Source of the DNA: Chloroflexota bacterium
GTDB taxonomy: Bacteria; Chloroflexota; UBA11872; VXOZ01
Direction: 5' to 3'
Length of the DNA stretch: 64,000 nucleotides
Assembly: GCA_963663275.1 (NCBI GenBank)
Contig: OY760183.1
Location: forward strand, 1 to 64,000
The first letter of the stretch is position 1; each line of letters starts with the position of its first letter. Both the position numbers and the translations under genes were made by a program. This document shows positions 9,423 to 19,306 of this stretch, in pieces. Below the pieces are notes generated by a model that made no database searches, was not told the DNA's origin, and saw only the letters and a program-made list of their open reading frames with translations.

Positions 9423-9597
9423 TATTCCGTTTCCCCTACAGCCGGTACGTCGAGAACTAGACGGCCACACGCACACGTCTTCTCTTCTCAACAGCGAAGA
9501 CGCCTTATAGTGACGCTCTCAGTATGGTAAGGGTCTCGCCGCAGTGTCAAGGCGGCGGCCCAGGCGGCTGAAAGACCACGCGCAATGCCCCATCCGG

Positions 9598-10530
9598 TCA
9601 GTCGCCGCGGCGGTATTCTCGTTCCCTATCCGGCAAGGTGGTTGGCTTCCCCAGCGCCTCGGCCATGGCGCGCACGTGATAGGGCAACATGCCGCAGCAG
9701 CCGCCAATGAAGTCGATGCCGATGCCCCGGGCTTCCTGGGCGTACTCCGCCGCCGCAAAGCGCGACAGCACGCGCGGCTCCACGGTCGTCCAGAGGCCCG
9801 GCGCCACGATCTCCCGGTTGTAGACCGCGCCGGGCTCCAGTTCGTAGGCCGTGGGTTGCGCGCAGACGGGCGCGTTCACGGCTTGGCGCACTGCCCTGGC
9901 CAGCGGCAAGAGCGTCTGGGGCGGACGGTGGCAATTCACGCCCACCACGTCGGCGCCGTTGTCCGCGAGGCGTTTGGCCCCCTCAGCCGGCGAGAGGCCG
10001 TCCCGCGTAACGTCGTCTTCCTGGTAGGTCAGCGTGACCACGGCGGGAATACCGGCCTGCTTGACGAAAGGAAGGGCAATACTCGCTTCCGCCACCGTGT
10101 GAAAGGTCTCGACGATGAAGAGATCGACGCCGGCCGCCACCTGTTGGCCGACGCGCCGGTCGAAGCAGGCCGCTGCCTCACGGCGGTCGACGGCGCTCAG
10201 ACACGGCCGGGTCTTGCCAAAATAGGGGCTGAGCGTGCCGGCCACGTAGCGGTCCGGACCGGCGGCTTCACGCGCCAGCGCCACCGCCGCATGGTGCAAC
10301 TCCGCCTCGCGCTCTATCTTGCCCACGCCCCAGGTCATCGCCTGCAAGACCTCGGCGCCGGCCCGGGCGAATTCGCGATGCAGTTCCAGAACGCCGTCGG
10401 GATGGTCGAGCACGGCCAGCGGCACGCCGCCCTTATAGCTGCCCAGACAGCGGCGCTCCAGTTCCAGGAAGTAGCCGCCGTCGCCCAGCACGGGCCCCCG
10501 CCGCAGGCGTTCCAGGAAGTCTTGTGCCAA
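9598..10530 (-). CDS. homocysteine S-methyltransferase family protein
   Basis: LGDGG, VGVNC, IGGCCG Zn-binding motifs. Confidence 0.9.
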   Translation of the reverse strand: MAQDFLERLRRGPVLGDGGYFLELERRCLGSYKGGVPLAVLDHPDGVLELHREFARAGAEVLQAMTWGVGKIEREAELHHAAVALAREAAGPDRYVAGTLSPYFGKTRPCLSAVDRREAAACFDRRVGQQVAAGVDLFIVETFHTVAEASIALPFVKQAGIPAVVTLTYQEDDVTRDGLSPAEGAKRLADNGADVVGVNCHRPPQTLLPLARAVRQAVNAPVCAQPTAYELEPGAVYNREIVAPGLWTTVEPRVLSRFAAAEYAQEARGIGIDFIGGCCGMLPYHVRAMAEALGKPTTLPDREREYRRGD

Positions 10531-10793
10531 CGCAACCCTCCCGGTTTTGCCGTCTCATCGTTTCCCTTAGCCTACTCGTGTGGGAAGAAGAATGCTACCG
10601 CGCGGCATTGGCCGGGTACGGCGCCGCTTTCCCCTTCACCCCAATGCGGCGGCATCGGAGCGGAGAGTCAATAGCAGGATGCCTTTTCACGGTTCGTCAC
10701 GCGGTGTAGGGGCACGACATGTCGTGCCCCTACACCTTTGTAACGTGAGGTCAACTGCACTTCCCCCTCACCCCGGCCCTCTCCCCCAGGAGA

Positions 10794-10941
10794 GCAGACA
10801 GTGGTAGGAATTCTACATCCGACTTTTCGTGTCATTCCGAACGGAGCGCAGCGGAGAGAGGAATCCAGGGCTTTCGCTGCAAAAACGTCGGTTCTAGATT
10901 CCTCGCTCCGCTCGGAATGACACTTGCCTACCCCTGTCAGC
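10794..10941. mobile_element. MITE family B copy with a degenerate left end, inside a CCCTCTCCC...GGAGAGGG hairpin
   Basis: Nearly identical to 21495-21642; right end TGCCTACCCCTGTCAGC. Confidence 0.75.
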
Positions 10942-11046
10942 CAAGGAGAGGGGGGTCAATCTTGCTCCCTGCTTTTGCGTGGTAGGGTAAGGGTAGCGTG
11001 GCGCGGGGACGGGAATTGCGCCGCGCGCATTGAAGGGTTTTCTACC

Positions 11047-12330
11047 GTGACCGAACCGCTGTTGGCTGCCTTTGCCGAGGTAGACATCACCCCCGCCGTG
11101 GAGACGACGGCAAATGGCGCGCGCCGGCGGCGCAGTTTCAGGGTGCACGATCCGTTGCTGGCGCGGCTCTGCGTGCTGCGGCAAGGCACGCGGACCGCCG
11201 TGCTGGGCGGCATCGACGCGTTCGAGTTGGGCATGGACTTCGAGGAGCGGGTGAGCGCCCACCTGGCGGATACCGGCATCGGCGGCGCATCGCTGCTCTT
11301 CTCGCCGTCGCACGTGGGCATGTCGCCCATCTCGCACTACGGCGCGTACATCATCGTCTTTGCCCAGGATCTCATCATCAGCGATTTCGAGGCTGCGTGC
11401 GCGGCGCGCATAGCCGCCGGTATCCGCGCGGCGTTGCGCAATCTCGCCCCAGTGCGCCTCTCCGCCGGGGTCGGGCGCGCGCCGGCCCTCGCCCGCAACC
11501 GCCGCTGGCTCAAGCCCGACGGCACGGCGGCAATGGTGGGCGTCACGTCGCCGCTTCCCTCCAATACCGGCTGGGTCGAGCAGGGCATCGACGACACGGT
11601 GCGCGTCGTCCGCTTCGATACCGCGGACGGCGCTCAGCGAGGCGCGCTGGTCAACTTCGGCTGCCACGCGCTCTGCTCGAACGACCGCTACGGCGACATT
11701 ACCGCCGACTACCCCCAACACGCGACCACGGTCTTCCGCCGGGCGGCCGGCATTCCGGCCGTCTTCAGCCAGGGCAGCATCGGCGAGCAGATACCGGTGG
11801 AGGCGGAGGGCGCTCAATCCGCCCGGCGCATCGGCCGCGCCCTCGGCGCTCGCGCGCTCTACGTCTTCGAGCAGATCGCGCCCCGCGCGGCGCCGGCGCT
11901 GGGCGTTCACGCCGGGCAGGCGAGCGTGCCGGCGCGGCGGGTGGCGCCGGAACCGGCGGCGGCGCAGTTCGACCTGCGCAACTCCCGCGCCCGCTACCGC
12001 CGCTACCTCTACGAACGCTACCACAGCAGTCCGACTATCTCGTATCCGCTGCGGGCGGTCACGCTCGGCGACGACATCGCGCTGCTCGCGCTGCCGGGCG
12101 AACTCTTCCATGAGACGGTGACGGCCATTCAGGCGGATTCGCCCTTCGCGCATACGATTGTGCTCAGCCGCGCCTGCCGCGAGGTGGGCTACGCGCCCAC
12201 GCCCAGCGCCTTTACCCAGGGCGGCATGGAACCCTCGCTCACGTCGCTCACGCCCGCATCCGAGCCGGTGATCCGGCAAAGCGCGCTGGCGCTCCTGCGG
12301 CGCTGCCGGGAGACGAAACAAGCCTCGTGA
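11047..12330 (+). CDS. neutral ceramidase-like superfamily hydrolase
   Basis: AEVDITP, VHDPLLAR, SHVG, NRR, VNFGCHA, ITADYP, LPGELF, GYAPT; GTG start uncertain. Confidence 0.7.
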   Translation: MTEPLLAAFAEVDITPAVETTANGARRRRSFRVHDPLLARLCVLRQGTRTAVLGGIDAFELGMDFEERVSAHLADTGIGGASLLFSPSHVGMSPISHYGAYIIVFAQDLIISDFEAACAARIAAGIRAALRNLAPVRLSAGVGRAPALARNRRWLKPDGTAAMVGVTSPLPSNTGWVEQGIDDTVRVVRFDTADGAQRGALVNFGCHALCSNDRYGDITADYPQHATTVFRRAAGIPAVFSQGSIGEQIPVEAEGAQSARRIGRALGARALYVFEQIAPRAAPALGVHAGQASVPARRVAPEPAAAQFDLRNSRARYRRYLYERYHSSPTISYPLRAVTLGDDIALLALPGELFHETVTAIQADSPFAHTIVLSRACREVGYAPTPSAFTQGGMEPSLTSLTPASEPVIRQSALALLRRCRETKQAS

Positions 12331-12546
12331 CGGGCTCGCGGGCGGAACAAGCGTCCGTATGACAGCCGGCCGGATGACAACGCCGCAATGAGCCTGCCGC
12401 ACAAAGAAAGAGGCTGCGGATCGAGAGATCCGCAGCCTCGCCGCCCTCACACCCAAAGGTCAAGGGCGCTTATGCTTGTCTATCGCGCTACACCGCCTGG
12501 CGCAACGAGCCATGCCGGCTCACGCGCCTACAGCGATTGACGCGGT

Positions 12547-12831
12547 CTACCAGGAGCGCGTGCGATTGAACTCGCGCGGGCGCCGCTCGCCGCGCGGGCG
12601 CGCCTGGTTCACGTTCAGCGCCCGGCCGCCGAGATCCTTCTGGTTCAAGGCGCTAATAGCGGCTTCGGCTTCCGCCTGGGAAGGCATCTCCACAAAGCCG
12701 AAACCACGCGAGCGGCCGGTATCGCGGTCGAGAATGACCGAAGCCGAAGAGACTTCGCCATACTCCGCAAACAACTCTCGCAGTTCCTCATCGGTCGTCG
12801 AATAGGGAAGGTTCCCTACGTAGATATTCAC
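12547..12831 (-). CDS. single-RRM RNA-binding protein
   Basis: RNP2 IYVGNL, RNP1 RGFGFVEM; RBS AAAAGGA. Confidence 0.95.
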   Translation of the reverse strand: MNIYVGNLPYSTTDEELRELFAEYGEVSSASVILDRDTGRSRGFGFVEMPSQAEAEAAISALNQKDLGGRALNVNQARPRGERRPREFNRTRSW

Positions 12832-13205
12832 AGTCGGTTCCTTTTCTCAGACTGCCGCCTGACGCCGCCGGTCAGCAGACCAAATCTCATTCCTTATACA
12901 AAAAACTCGCGGTGCACTCAGTGCACCCCGTACCCTGCACGGCGTTGCTGGTGCGCTGCACTCTGGAGAGCACGACCCCCAAGACGTTCTCAAGAAAGCC
13001 GTGAGACGCTCCCAGCGATGCGCTATCAATCGGTCTGCGCGGTAGACACTCCTTTCCCACAAGAAGCCTGGGAAGGTAAACGGACACTTTATCCTCTACG
13101 GAAGATCCCAACCGTAGCAACGAACTGAGGCGAAACTGCAAACGCATACTCTTCGCGTTCAATCCAGCACCCACGCCACACCAGGCATATACTCTTACAC
13201 TCTCT

Positions 13206-13233
13206 ACTCTACCATCTTCTGCGGGTTTTGCAA
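13206..13233 (-). promoter_or_regulatory. sigma70-type promoter ~370 nt upstream of the RRM gene
   Basis: TTGCAA-16 nt-TAGAGT with TG extension. Confidence 0.5.
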
Positions 13234-13337
13234 GTATAACCCGCAACGGAGTTGGCAAATCTGAACGTAACGGCCTGGCAAGGCCGCGTTTTACGTCATT
13301 TGTGCGTCATACGTGATTATCACTGGCACGTCGCAGG

Positions 13338-14279
13338 CTAGTTGCCAATAGGATCCGTGACCTCGCCAAAGAGGTCGTGCACGCGGGCGTAGTCCTCCGG
13401 CGGCAGCGTGGGGTCTGCCAGCGCGCGCAGGTTGCGCTCGAAGTGTTCCAGATTGGCGGTGCCGCTCAGCACCGTGCTCACCGCGGGGTGCATGGCGGTG
13501 AACTTGTACGCGGCGCCGGTCAGGGAGTCCGCGTTGCCGTGCACCAGCCAATCCAGGGGCCGCCGCTCCGGCACGGCGTCCGCCGCCACCAGGCCGCGCC
13601 GCTTGAGGCCGCCCACGGTCTCTTCCAGGCGCTCGGGCACGGCCAGCACCCGCCGCACCGCGAACATGACGAACACGCCCACGTTGCGTTCCAGGCAGCG
13701 GGGATAGACCAAGCGGTCGGCGCTGTGGTTCAGGATGTTATAGCCCACCATCGCGGTGGCAAAGTGGTCGTCCTCCAGCGCCATTTGCAGCATCTCGTGC
13801 GCGCCATCCTCGCCGTATTGCTCGGTGATGCCCAGCCAGCGGCACTTGCCCTGCGCGCGCAACTTCTCCGCCGTGGGCAGCAGGCGCTCCATCACCGTCC
13901 GGTAGAGCCCAGGCCGCACGCCGTGAAACTGGAGAACTTCCACGTAATCCGTCCGCAGGCGGGTGAGGCTGCGTTCCACGGAAGCCGTCACGTCCTGCGG
14001 GGACGCCACTTCCCCATCCTCTTCCGGCGTAAATTTGGTGGCCAGGTAGTAACTATCCCGGGGCACGCCCCGGAGCGCCCGGCCCAGGATTGCCTCGCTG
14101 TCGCGGTAGCCCGCGGCGGTATCGAAGATGTTCACGCCGGCGTCCAGCGCCCGCCGCGCCAGGCGATGCACGTCCGCCTCCGGCACGCCGGTCCGCTGTC
14201 CGAAATTGCTCGGCCCGCCGGTGCCGACGCCCAGTAACGAGACCCGCAGACCGGTACGGCCCAACGTACGATAGAGCAC
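13338..14279 (-). CDS. aldo/keto reductase
   Basis: YRTLGRTGLRVS, FDTAAGY, SEAILGRAL, SLTRLRTDY; GTG start after GGAGGAGG. Confidence 0.9.
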   Translation of the reverse strand: MLYRTLGRTGLRVSLLGVGTGGPSNFGQRTGVPEADVHRLARRALDAGVNIFDTAAGYRDSEAILGRALRGVPRDSYYLATKFTPEEDGEVASPQDVTASVERSLTRLRTDYVEVLQFHGVRPGLYRTVMERLLPTAEKLRAQGKCRWLGITEQYGEDGAHEMLQMALEDDHFATAMVGYNILNHSADRLVYPRCLERNVGVFVMFAVRRVLAVPERLEETVGGLKRRGLVAADAVPERRPLDWLVHGNADSLTGAAYKFTAMHPAVSTVLSGTANLEHFERNLRALADPTLPPEDYARVHDLFGEVTDPIGN

Positions 14280-14497
14280 GAAGCCTCCTCCTCTCGACAG
14301 AATGGGTTCCCAGCGGCTATTATACGAGAGAACGGCCTGGCGCCGTGCTCCTTTCCGCGGGGTATTGCCCCTGGTCGCCATCCTCACCGGCGGCCGCACA
14401 GAGGGCGCGGCGGCGCCGGCGGCTACGCGCGCACGCGCCCGCTGCCCGCCCGGGCCGCTCACAACCGCCGAGCCGCAAGCGTAAGGAGCCCTGCCGC

Positions 14498-16060
14498 GTG
14501 CAACGCCGCATTCTGCTGACAAGCGCGCTCGCGGCCGCGTTGGCGCCGTTGCTCGCGGCCTGTGGCGACGATAAGTCCGGCGGCACGCTGCGCATCGAGG
14601 CGCCCCTGCCGGACGCATTGGACCCAGCGGCGCTGCAATCCGACCTGGACGCGCAACTGGCCGCGCACGTCTACAGCGGACTGGTCACCCTGAACGACAA
14701 GGGCGAGCCGATCCCCGATCTGGCGCAACGCTGGTCGCTATCCCCGGATGGACGCGACTACCGTTTTCCCTTGCGCCCCGGCCTGCGCTTTCACAACGGC
14801 GAGGAACTCACGGCGGGCCACGTCAAGCGGACGTGGGAGCGTATACTCCATCCCGCAGAAGAAGCGCCGCGCGCCCTGGCCTTTCTGGGCAAGGTCAACG
14901 GCGTAGCCGCCTACCGCAGCGGCCTTTCCGGCCAGATCAGCGGCGTGCGCGCCCTGGACGAGCGCACCCTCGACGTTCAACTCACCGAGCCGGATCTCAC
15001 CCTGCCGGCCAAGCTGTCCCATCCCACTACGCACGTCCAGCCGACCGCGGCCAACCAAGGCGCGGACGCTCCGGTGGGCAGCGGACCCTTTGCCGTGACG
15101 GATTGGGCCCCCGGCGCGTTGCTGTCCCTGGAGCGCAACGCGCACTACCACGGCTTTGCGCCGCTGCTGGATCGCGTGCGGATCACCGGCGGCCCGGACG
15201 CGGATTCGCTCAGCCGCTACGCCCGGGACGAGTTGGACGTGCTCTACGTGGGCGCGAACGACATTCCGGCGGTGCTCGATCGCAACAATCCCCTGCACAA
15301 GGACCTGCGCGTCCACGACGGCCTGGACATCGCCTTTCTGGCCATGAACAACCGCATGCCGCCTTTCGACGACCGGGGCGTGCGCCTGGCCTTTGCCCTG
15401 GCCATCGACCGCGCCGCCATCGTCGAGCAGGTCTTTGCGCTTACCGTCGCCAAGGCGACCGCGCTCCTGCCGCCCTCGCTGGCGCAGGGCGGCGACACCG
15501 CCGCGTCCGACTTCGACATCTCCAAAGCGCGGCAGGCGCTGGCCGACTCCCGCTACCGCGACGTGAGCAACCTGCCGGAGATCACGTTCACCGTGCCGGG
15601 CACGCGGGGGCCCCCGCCGTCCACCGTGGTGGCGCTGGTCAACATGTTCCAGCAGCACCTCGGCGTGCGCATCGCCATCCGGCGCGAGCCGTGGGACCGC
15701 TTCGTCGATCAGCTTCACAAGCGGGAGAATCCGTACCAGGTCTTCCTCTTTACCTGGCACGCCGACTATCCCGACCCGCGCGCCGTGCTCGACCCGCTCT
15801 TCTATTCCCTTAGCACGCGCAACTACAGCGGCTACGCCGATCCGGACGTGGACGAACTCCTGTTCCAGGCGCGGGGGGAGCGCGACGCCGGCCGGCGGCG
15901 CGAAACGCTGGCCGCGGTGGCGCAGCGCGTGGCCGCCGACGCCCCCGTGACCCCGCTGTGGCACGGCAAGTCGTACCTGCTGCTGAAACCATGGGTGCGG
16001 GACGCCCAACTCGCCGCCACCGCGCGCCCCTGGCTGAACCGGGTCTACCGCGACGACTAG
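14498..16060 (+). CDS. peptide/nickel ABC transporter substrate-binding lipoprotein (family 5)
   Basis: Lipobox LAAC, PDLAQRW...SPDG, FHNGEELTA, GSGPF, WHADYPDP; RBS AAGGAG. Confidence 0.9.
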   Translation: MQRRILLTSALAAALAPLLAACGDDKSGGTLRIEAPLPDALDPAALQSDLDAQLAAHVYSGLVTLNDKGEPIPDLAQRWSLSPDGRDYRFPLRPGLRFHNGEELTAGHVKRTWERILHPAEEAPRALAFLGKVNGVAAYRSGLSGQISGVRALDERTLDVQLTEPDLTLPAKLSHPTTHVQPTAANQGADAPVGSGPFAVTDWAPGALLSLERNAHYHGFAPLLDRVRITGGPDADSLSRYARDELDVLYVGANDIPAVLDRNNPLHKDLRVHDGLDIAFLAMNNRMPPFDDRGVRLAFALAIDRAAIVEQVFALTVAKATALLPPSLAQGGDTAASDFDISKARQALADSRYRDVSNLPEITFTVPGTRGPPPSTVVALVNMFQQHLGVRIAIRREPWDRFVDQLHKRENPYQVFLFTWHADYPDPRAVLDPLFYSLSTRNYSGYADPDVDELLFQARGERDAGRRRETLAAVAQRVAADAPVTPLWHGKSYLLLKPWVRDAQLAATARPWLNRVYRDD

Positions 16061-16167
16061 CGGGTCACCCGCGCTCTAACGCCGCGCGCAGATCGTGCCA
16101 CCGGGACGACTCGATAGCGCGGCACTGGAATTACCGGCAAAATGGCGCCGAATGTGTCCGTAGACCC

Positions 16168-16196
16168 TTGCACCGTATAATGCGCTGTGGTATGCT
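16168..16196 (+). promoter_or_regulatory. sigma70 promoter driving the riboswitch
   Basis: TTGCAC-17 nt-TATGCT with TGTG extension. Confidence 0.65.
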
Positions 16197-16212
16197 CTCT
16201 GTGTAGATGCCA

Positions 16213-16325
16213 GTGCGCCAAATCCGCGAGTGCGGAGCGGGGGACCCACTAACTGGGGTGAACCGCGGTTGTGCGGAGGGTGACTCTTTCCACCCTAACC
16301 CGACAGCTAACCTCGTAGGCGATAG
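16213..16325 (+). ncRNA. cyclic di-AMP (ydaO/yuaA) riboswitch
   Basis: Conserved blocks AATCC...GGAGCGGGGGACCCA...TGGGGTGAA...AGGG...CCC...CCCGACAGCTAACCTCGTAGGC in the expected order. Confidence 0.88.
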
Positions 16326-16364
16326 GAAGAGCTTGTTGGCCCGTAGCGGCGGAGAAGCTCTTTT

Positions 16365-16570
16365 GTGGCTAATAGACGCACACCAGCGCCAAATCTCCCT
16401 TCTCGGTTCGCCAATCCCTTTACCGGCTTCGATTCAACCTGTCGTTCGCGAGCGCTGCCACGCGCGCGGCGCCGGCTTGCCCGGCGCTGCGCGTCGCTCC
16501 TCTTCTAGGGTGCTCTCCTCCTGAATGCTCCTCCTGTTCGCACCACCCCACACCGGCCCTCTCCCCCAGG
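16365..16570 (+). pseudogene. possible decayed 5' end of a secreted protein downstream of the riboswitch
   Basis: GGAG then GTG at 16365; frame reads ...RRRLARRCASLLF*GALLLNAPP (signal-peptide-like, TAG at 16506-16508) and runs into a hairpin-repeat remnant. Confidence 0.35.
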
Positions 16571-16718
16571 GCCGGTGTCGGTTTTAACGAATTGCGCGGC
16601 TATGCGCCCGCCAACGGCGACCATCACCGTAGCGCGGGGGCTCCGGCCACATGCAACGTCATCCAGCGCCTTCCCGCACTTGCCAATCGGGGGAAGCGTA
16701 GCTTAATATGAGTCCATA

Positions 16719-17453
16719 ATGGGTATGACCGCACGCTCCACTCCATCGCCGACGATCTCGCTGGTATTGCCCGCGCTGAACGAGGCGGACAACATCGCCG
16801 CCACCCTGGACGACTGCGTGGATACGCTGCAACGGGTGGCCGGCGATTACGAAGTCATCGTGGTGGACAACGACAGCACGGACGATACGGCGGCAATCGT
16901 GCGTCAGCTTCAGTCCGAGAATGAGCGCATCCAGTTGATCCACCAGCCGGTGCGCGGCTACGGCTCGGCGATCTGGACGGGTCTGAAGGCCGCCCGCATG
17001 GAAATCGTCGGCTGGCGCGATTCCGACACCCAGTACCGCACCACGGACATCGTGCCCATGCTCCAGGCGCTGGACGCCCACGACGTGGTGGTGGGCCATC
17101 GGGTGCAACGCCAGGACCCCTCCCACCGCCTGCTCTTCGCGCTGCTGTGGAATCTGCTGAACCGCACGCTCTTCGGGTTCGTGGCCCACGACATGGACTG
17201 CGGCTGCAAGATCTTCCGGCGCGAGGTGGTGGACACGCTGGACGTGAAGGCAACCGGCGCGGTCTTCAACATCGAGTTCCTGGTGCAAGCTAAACGCGCC
17301 GGCTTCCGCGTGGGCGAGGTCTCCATCAGCCACCTGCCCCGCCACGCCGGCGAAAATACCGGCGGCAGCCTGCGCGTGATCCTGCGCGCCCTGCGCGAGG
17401 TGCTGCGCCTGAGATGGCGCCTGCTGCGCGAGCCGCGCCCGACACGGAACTAA
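16719..17453 (+). CDS. family 2 glycosyltransferase (polyprenol-phosphate glycosyltransferase-like)
   Basis: SLVLPALNE, VVDNDSTDDT, GYGSA, DSDTQY, DMDCGCKIFRR. Confidence 0.9.
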   Translation: MGMTARSTPSPTISLVLPALNEADNIAATLDDCVDTLQRVAGDYEVIVVDNDSTDDTAAIVRQLQSENERIQLIHQPVRGYGSAIWTGLKAARMEIVGWRDSDTQYRTTDIVPMLQALDAHDVVVGHRVQRQDPSHRLLFALLWNLLNRTLFGFVAHDMDCGCKIFRREVVDTLDVKATGAVFNIEFLVQAKRAGFRVGEVSISHLPRHAGENTGGSLRVILRALREVLRLRWRLLREPRPTRN

Positions 17454-17459
17454 ACCGGT

Positions 17460-18017
17460 GTGCTGACGGTCCTGTGGGAAAACGCGCCTGTGCGCCCGGC
17501 CCACCACGCGCTGCTGGAACGTCTGTGCGCCGCGGCCCGCGCCGCCACCCATACCCCGGCGTCCGCGGAATTGACGGTGCTGCTCACCAACGATACGCGC
17601 CTGCGGGAACTGAACCGCGCCTACCGCGGTAAGGACGCGCCGACGGACGTGCTCTCGTTCCCCCAACGGAATAGACCTTCGCCCGAAGACGCAGGTTGCA
17701 AACCTGCGCTACCGGAGATTGAAGAAGGGCGTAATCCTGGGCTGCCGGCGGGAGATGCGGGGTTGGCGGCCGCGCCGCCGGACGGCGGCGAATACCTGGG
17801 AGACATCGCCATTTCGGTGCCGCGCGTCCACGCCCAGGCGGCGGCCTACGGCCATAGCGCGGAGCGCGAACTCGCCTACCTCTTCGTCCACGGCTTCCTG
17901 CACCTGCTGGGCCACACCCACGCCGACGACACCGCGTACACCCTCATGCGCGCGCAAGAAGAGGCTATTCTCAAAGCCGCCGGCCTGCCGCGTTTCCCCT
18001 GCGCAACGCAAACGTGA
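17460..18017 (+). CDS. ybeY: rRNA maturation RNase YbeY with an in-frame loop insertion
   Basis: LNRAYRGKDAPTDVLSFP, LGDIAIS, HGFLHLLGHTH. Confidence 0.92.
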   Translation: MLTVLWENAPVRPAHHALLERLCAAARAATHTPASAELTVLLTNDTRLRELNRAYRGKDAPTDVLSFPQRNRPSPEDAGCKPALPEIEEGRNPGLPAGDAGLAAAPPDGGEYLGDIAISVPRVHAQAAAYGHSAERELAYLFVHGFLHLLGHTHADDTAYTLMRAQEEAILKAAGLPRFPCATQT

Positions 18018-18053
18018 AACTCCAACCCACGCGCCTGTGGTAGGCGAAAGCAT

Positions 18054-18326
18054 CTACTTGACCGCTTGCGCTTGGTGGCGCCGGTAGTTGGTCTCAATGC
18101 CAAGCCATACGGTCGCGTCGAGGCCGAGCACTCTCTGGAACTGAAGCGCAGTCTCTGAGCTTACAGGCGCCGTGCCGGCGATAATCTCGCTGATGAGCTT
18201 GGACGGAAGGTCGCACCTGCGCGCAATTTCTGCCTGGGAAATGCCCCGGACCTCGAGATACTCGTGCAATATCCAGCCCGGCGGGACCGCATAGTCCGGC
18301 TCATATTGGTTGGCTGGCGTAGTCAT
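18054..18326 (-). CDS. HigA-family addiction-module antitoxin (XRE HTH)
   Basis: YEPDYAVPPGWIL...ISQAEIARR...ISEIIAG...WLGIETNY. Confidence 0.85.
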   Translation of the reverse strand: MTTPANQYEPDYAVPPGWILHEYLEVRGISQAEIARRCDLPSKLISEIIAGTAPVSSETALQFQRVLGLDATVWLGIETNYRRHQAQAVK

Positions 18327-18388
18327 TTGCTTCACCTTCGCGCGGTGATCGTCAACTGCAAGCATATCCCTAGACCGCATCGTCTACA

Positions 18389-19183
18389 CTATTCAGGATA
18401 CCACGCCGGGTTGAACCGCTTAGCATAGAACCGCGTCGCACTGGTCAAATCCAGGTCGGCAACCAGGAGATCTTCCTGGCCGTAGGGGACGTGGGCCAGC
18501 AGGTTGCCCTGGGGATCGATGAGGCTGGTGGCCGAGTTTTGGTAGCGCATGGCCTGGTTCACGCTGGCGAAGTAAATGCCGTTCTCCGCGGCGCGGCATT
18601 GCATGGCCTTCTCGTAGAACGACTCGCCCCACGCGGTGAGCGTCTTGCCGGCCGTATCGCTGCCGGTCACCTGGGGTTGGAAGACGATGCGCGCGCCGCG
18701 CGCGGCCGGCCAGCGCACGGTTTCCGGGTAGCGCCACCCCTCGTGGCAGATCGTGATGCCGAACACCGCGCCCGCGGTCCGAAAGAGCCGCCGCTTGCCG
18801 TCGGGGACGTAGTTGCGCGCTTCGCCGCCGGGCGTGATCTGGTTCTTCGTCTGGTAGCCCAGCGCGCGGCCGGCGGCGGAGATGACCACGGCGCGGTTCT
18901 CCAGGCCCAGTGCGCTCACCCACTCCAGCCCCACGATGGCGGCCACGCCGTGTGTGCGGCAGGAGGCGCGCAGCCGCCGCAGCGCCTCCTCCATTACGGG
19001 CTGATCCACCGGCGGCAGGTCGAAACTCGCCCCGCGCAAACCGGGCAGATAGGCCTCGGGAAAGCAGGCGATGGCAACCTGTTCTTCGGCGCACGCTGCC
19101 AGAACGGCGTCGATCTTCTCCACGCCGTGCAGCACGGATTCCGGCTGCCGCAGCGGCGCCAGCCCAATGCGGATATTCTTCAT
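18389..19183 (-). CDS. carbon-nitrogen hydrolase (nitrilase superfamily)
   Basis: CFPEAYLPG, QTK, ICHEGWRYPE catalytic E-K-C triad. Confidence 0.9.
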   Translation of the reverse strand: MKNIRIGLAPLRQPESVLHGVEKIDAVLAACAEEQVAIACFPEAYLPGLRGASFDLPPVDQPVMEEALRRLRASCRTHGVAAIVGLEWVSALGLENRAVVISAAGRALGYQTKNQITPGGEARNYVPDGKRRLFRTAGAVFGITICHEGWRYPETVRWPAARGARIVFQPQVTGSDTAGKTLTAWGESFYEKAMQCRAAENGIYFASVNQAMRYQNSATSLIDPQGNLLAHVPYGQEDLLVADLDLTSATRFYAKRFNPAWYPE

Positions 19184-19306
19184 GGGTAAAGTCCAATGTC
19201 GTCCCGTCCGGTCAATATAGGTGTAGGGGCACGACGTGTCGTGCCCCTACACCTATATTGACCTACCCCACACCCCAACCCTCTCCCCAGTGAGAGGGAG
19301 TCTCTC

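Noticed and set aside
12887-13258. 123-aa ORF upstream of the RRM gene
   Set aside because: It starts upstream of the candidate promoter and lacks an RBS or motifs; the region is better explained as a structured leader.
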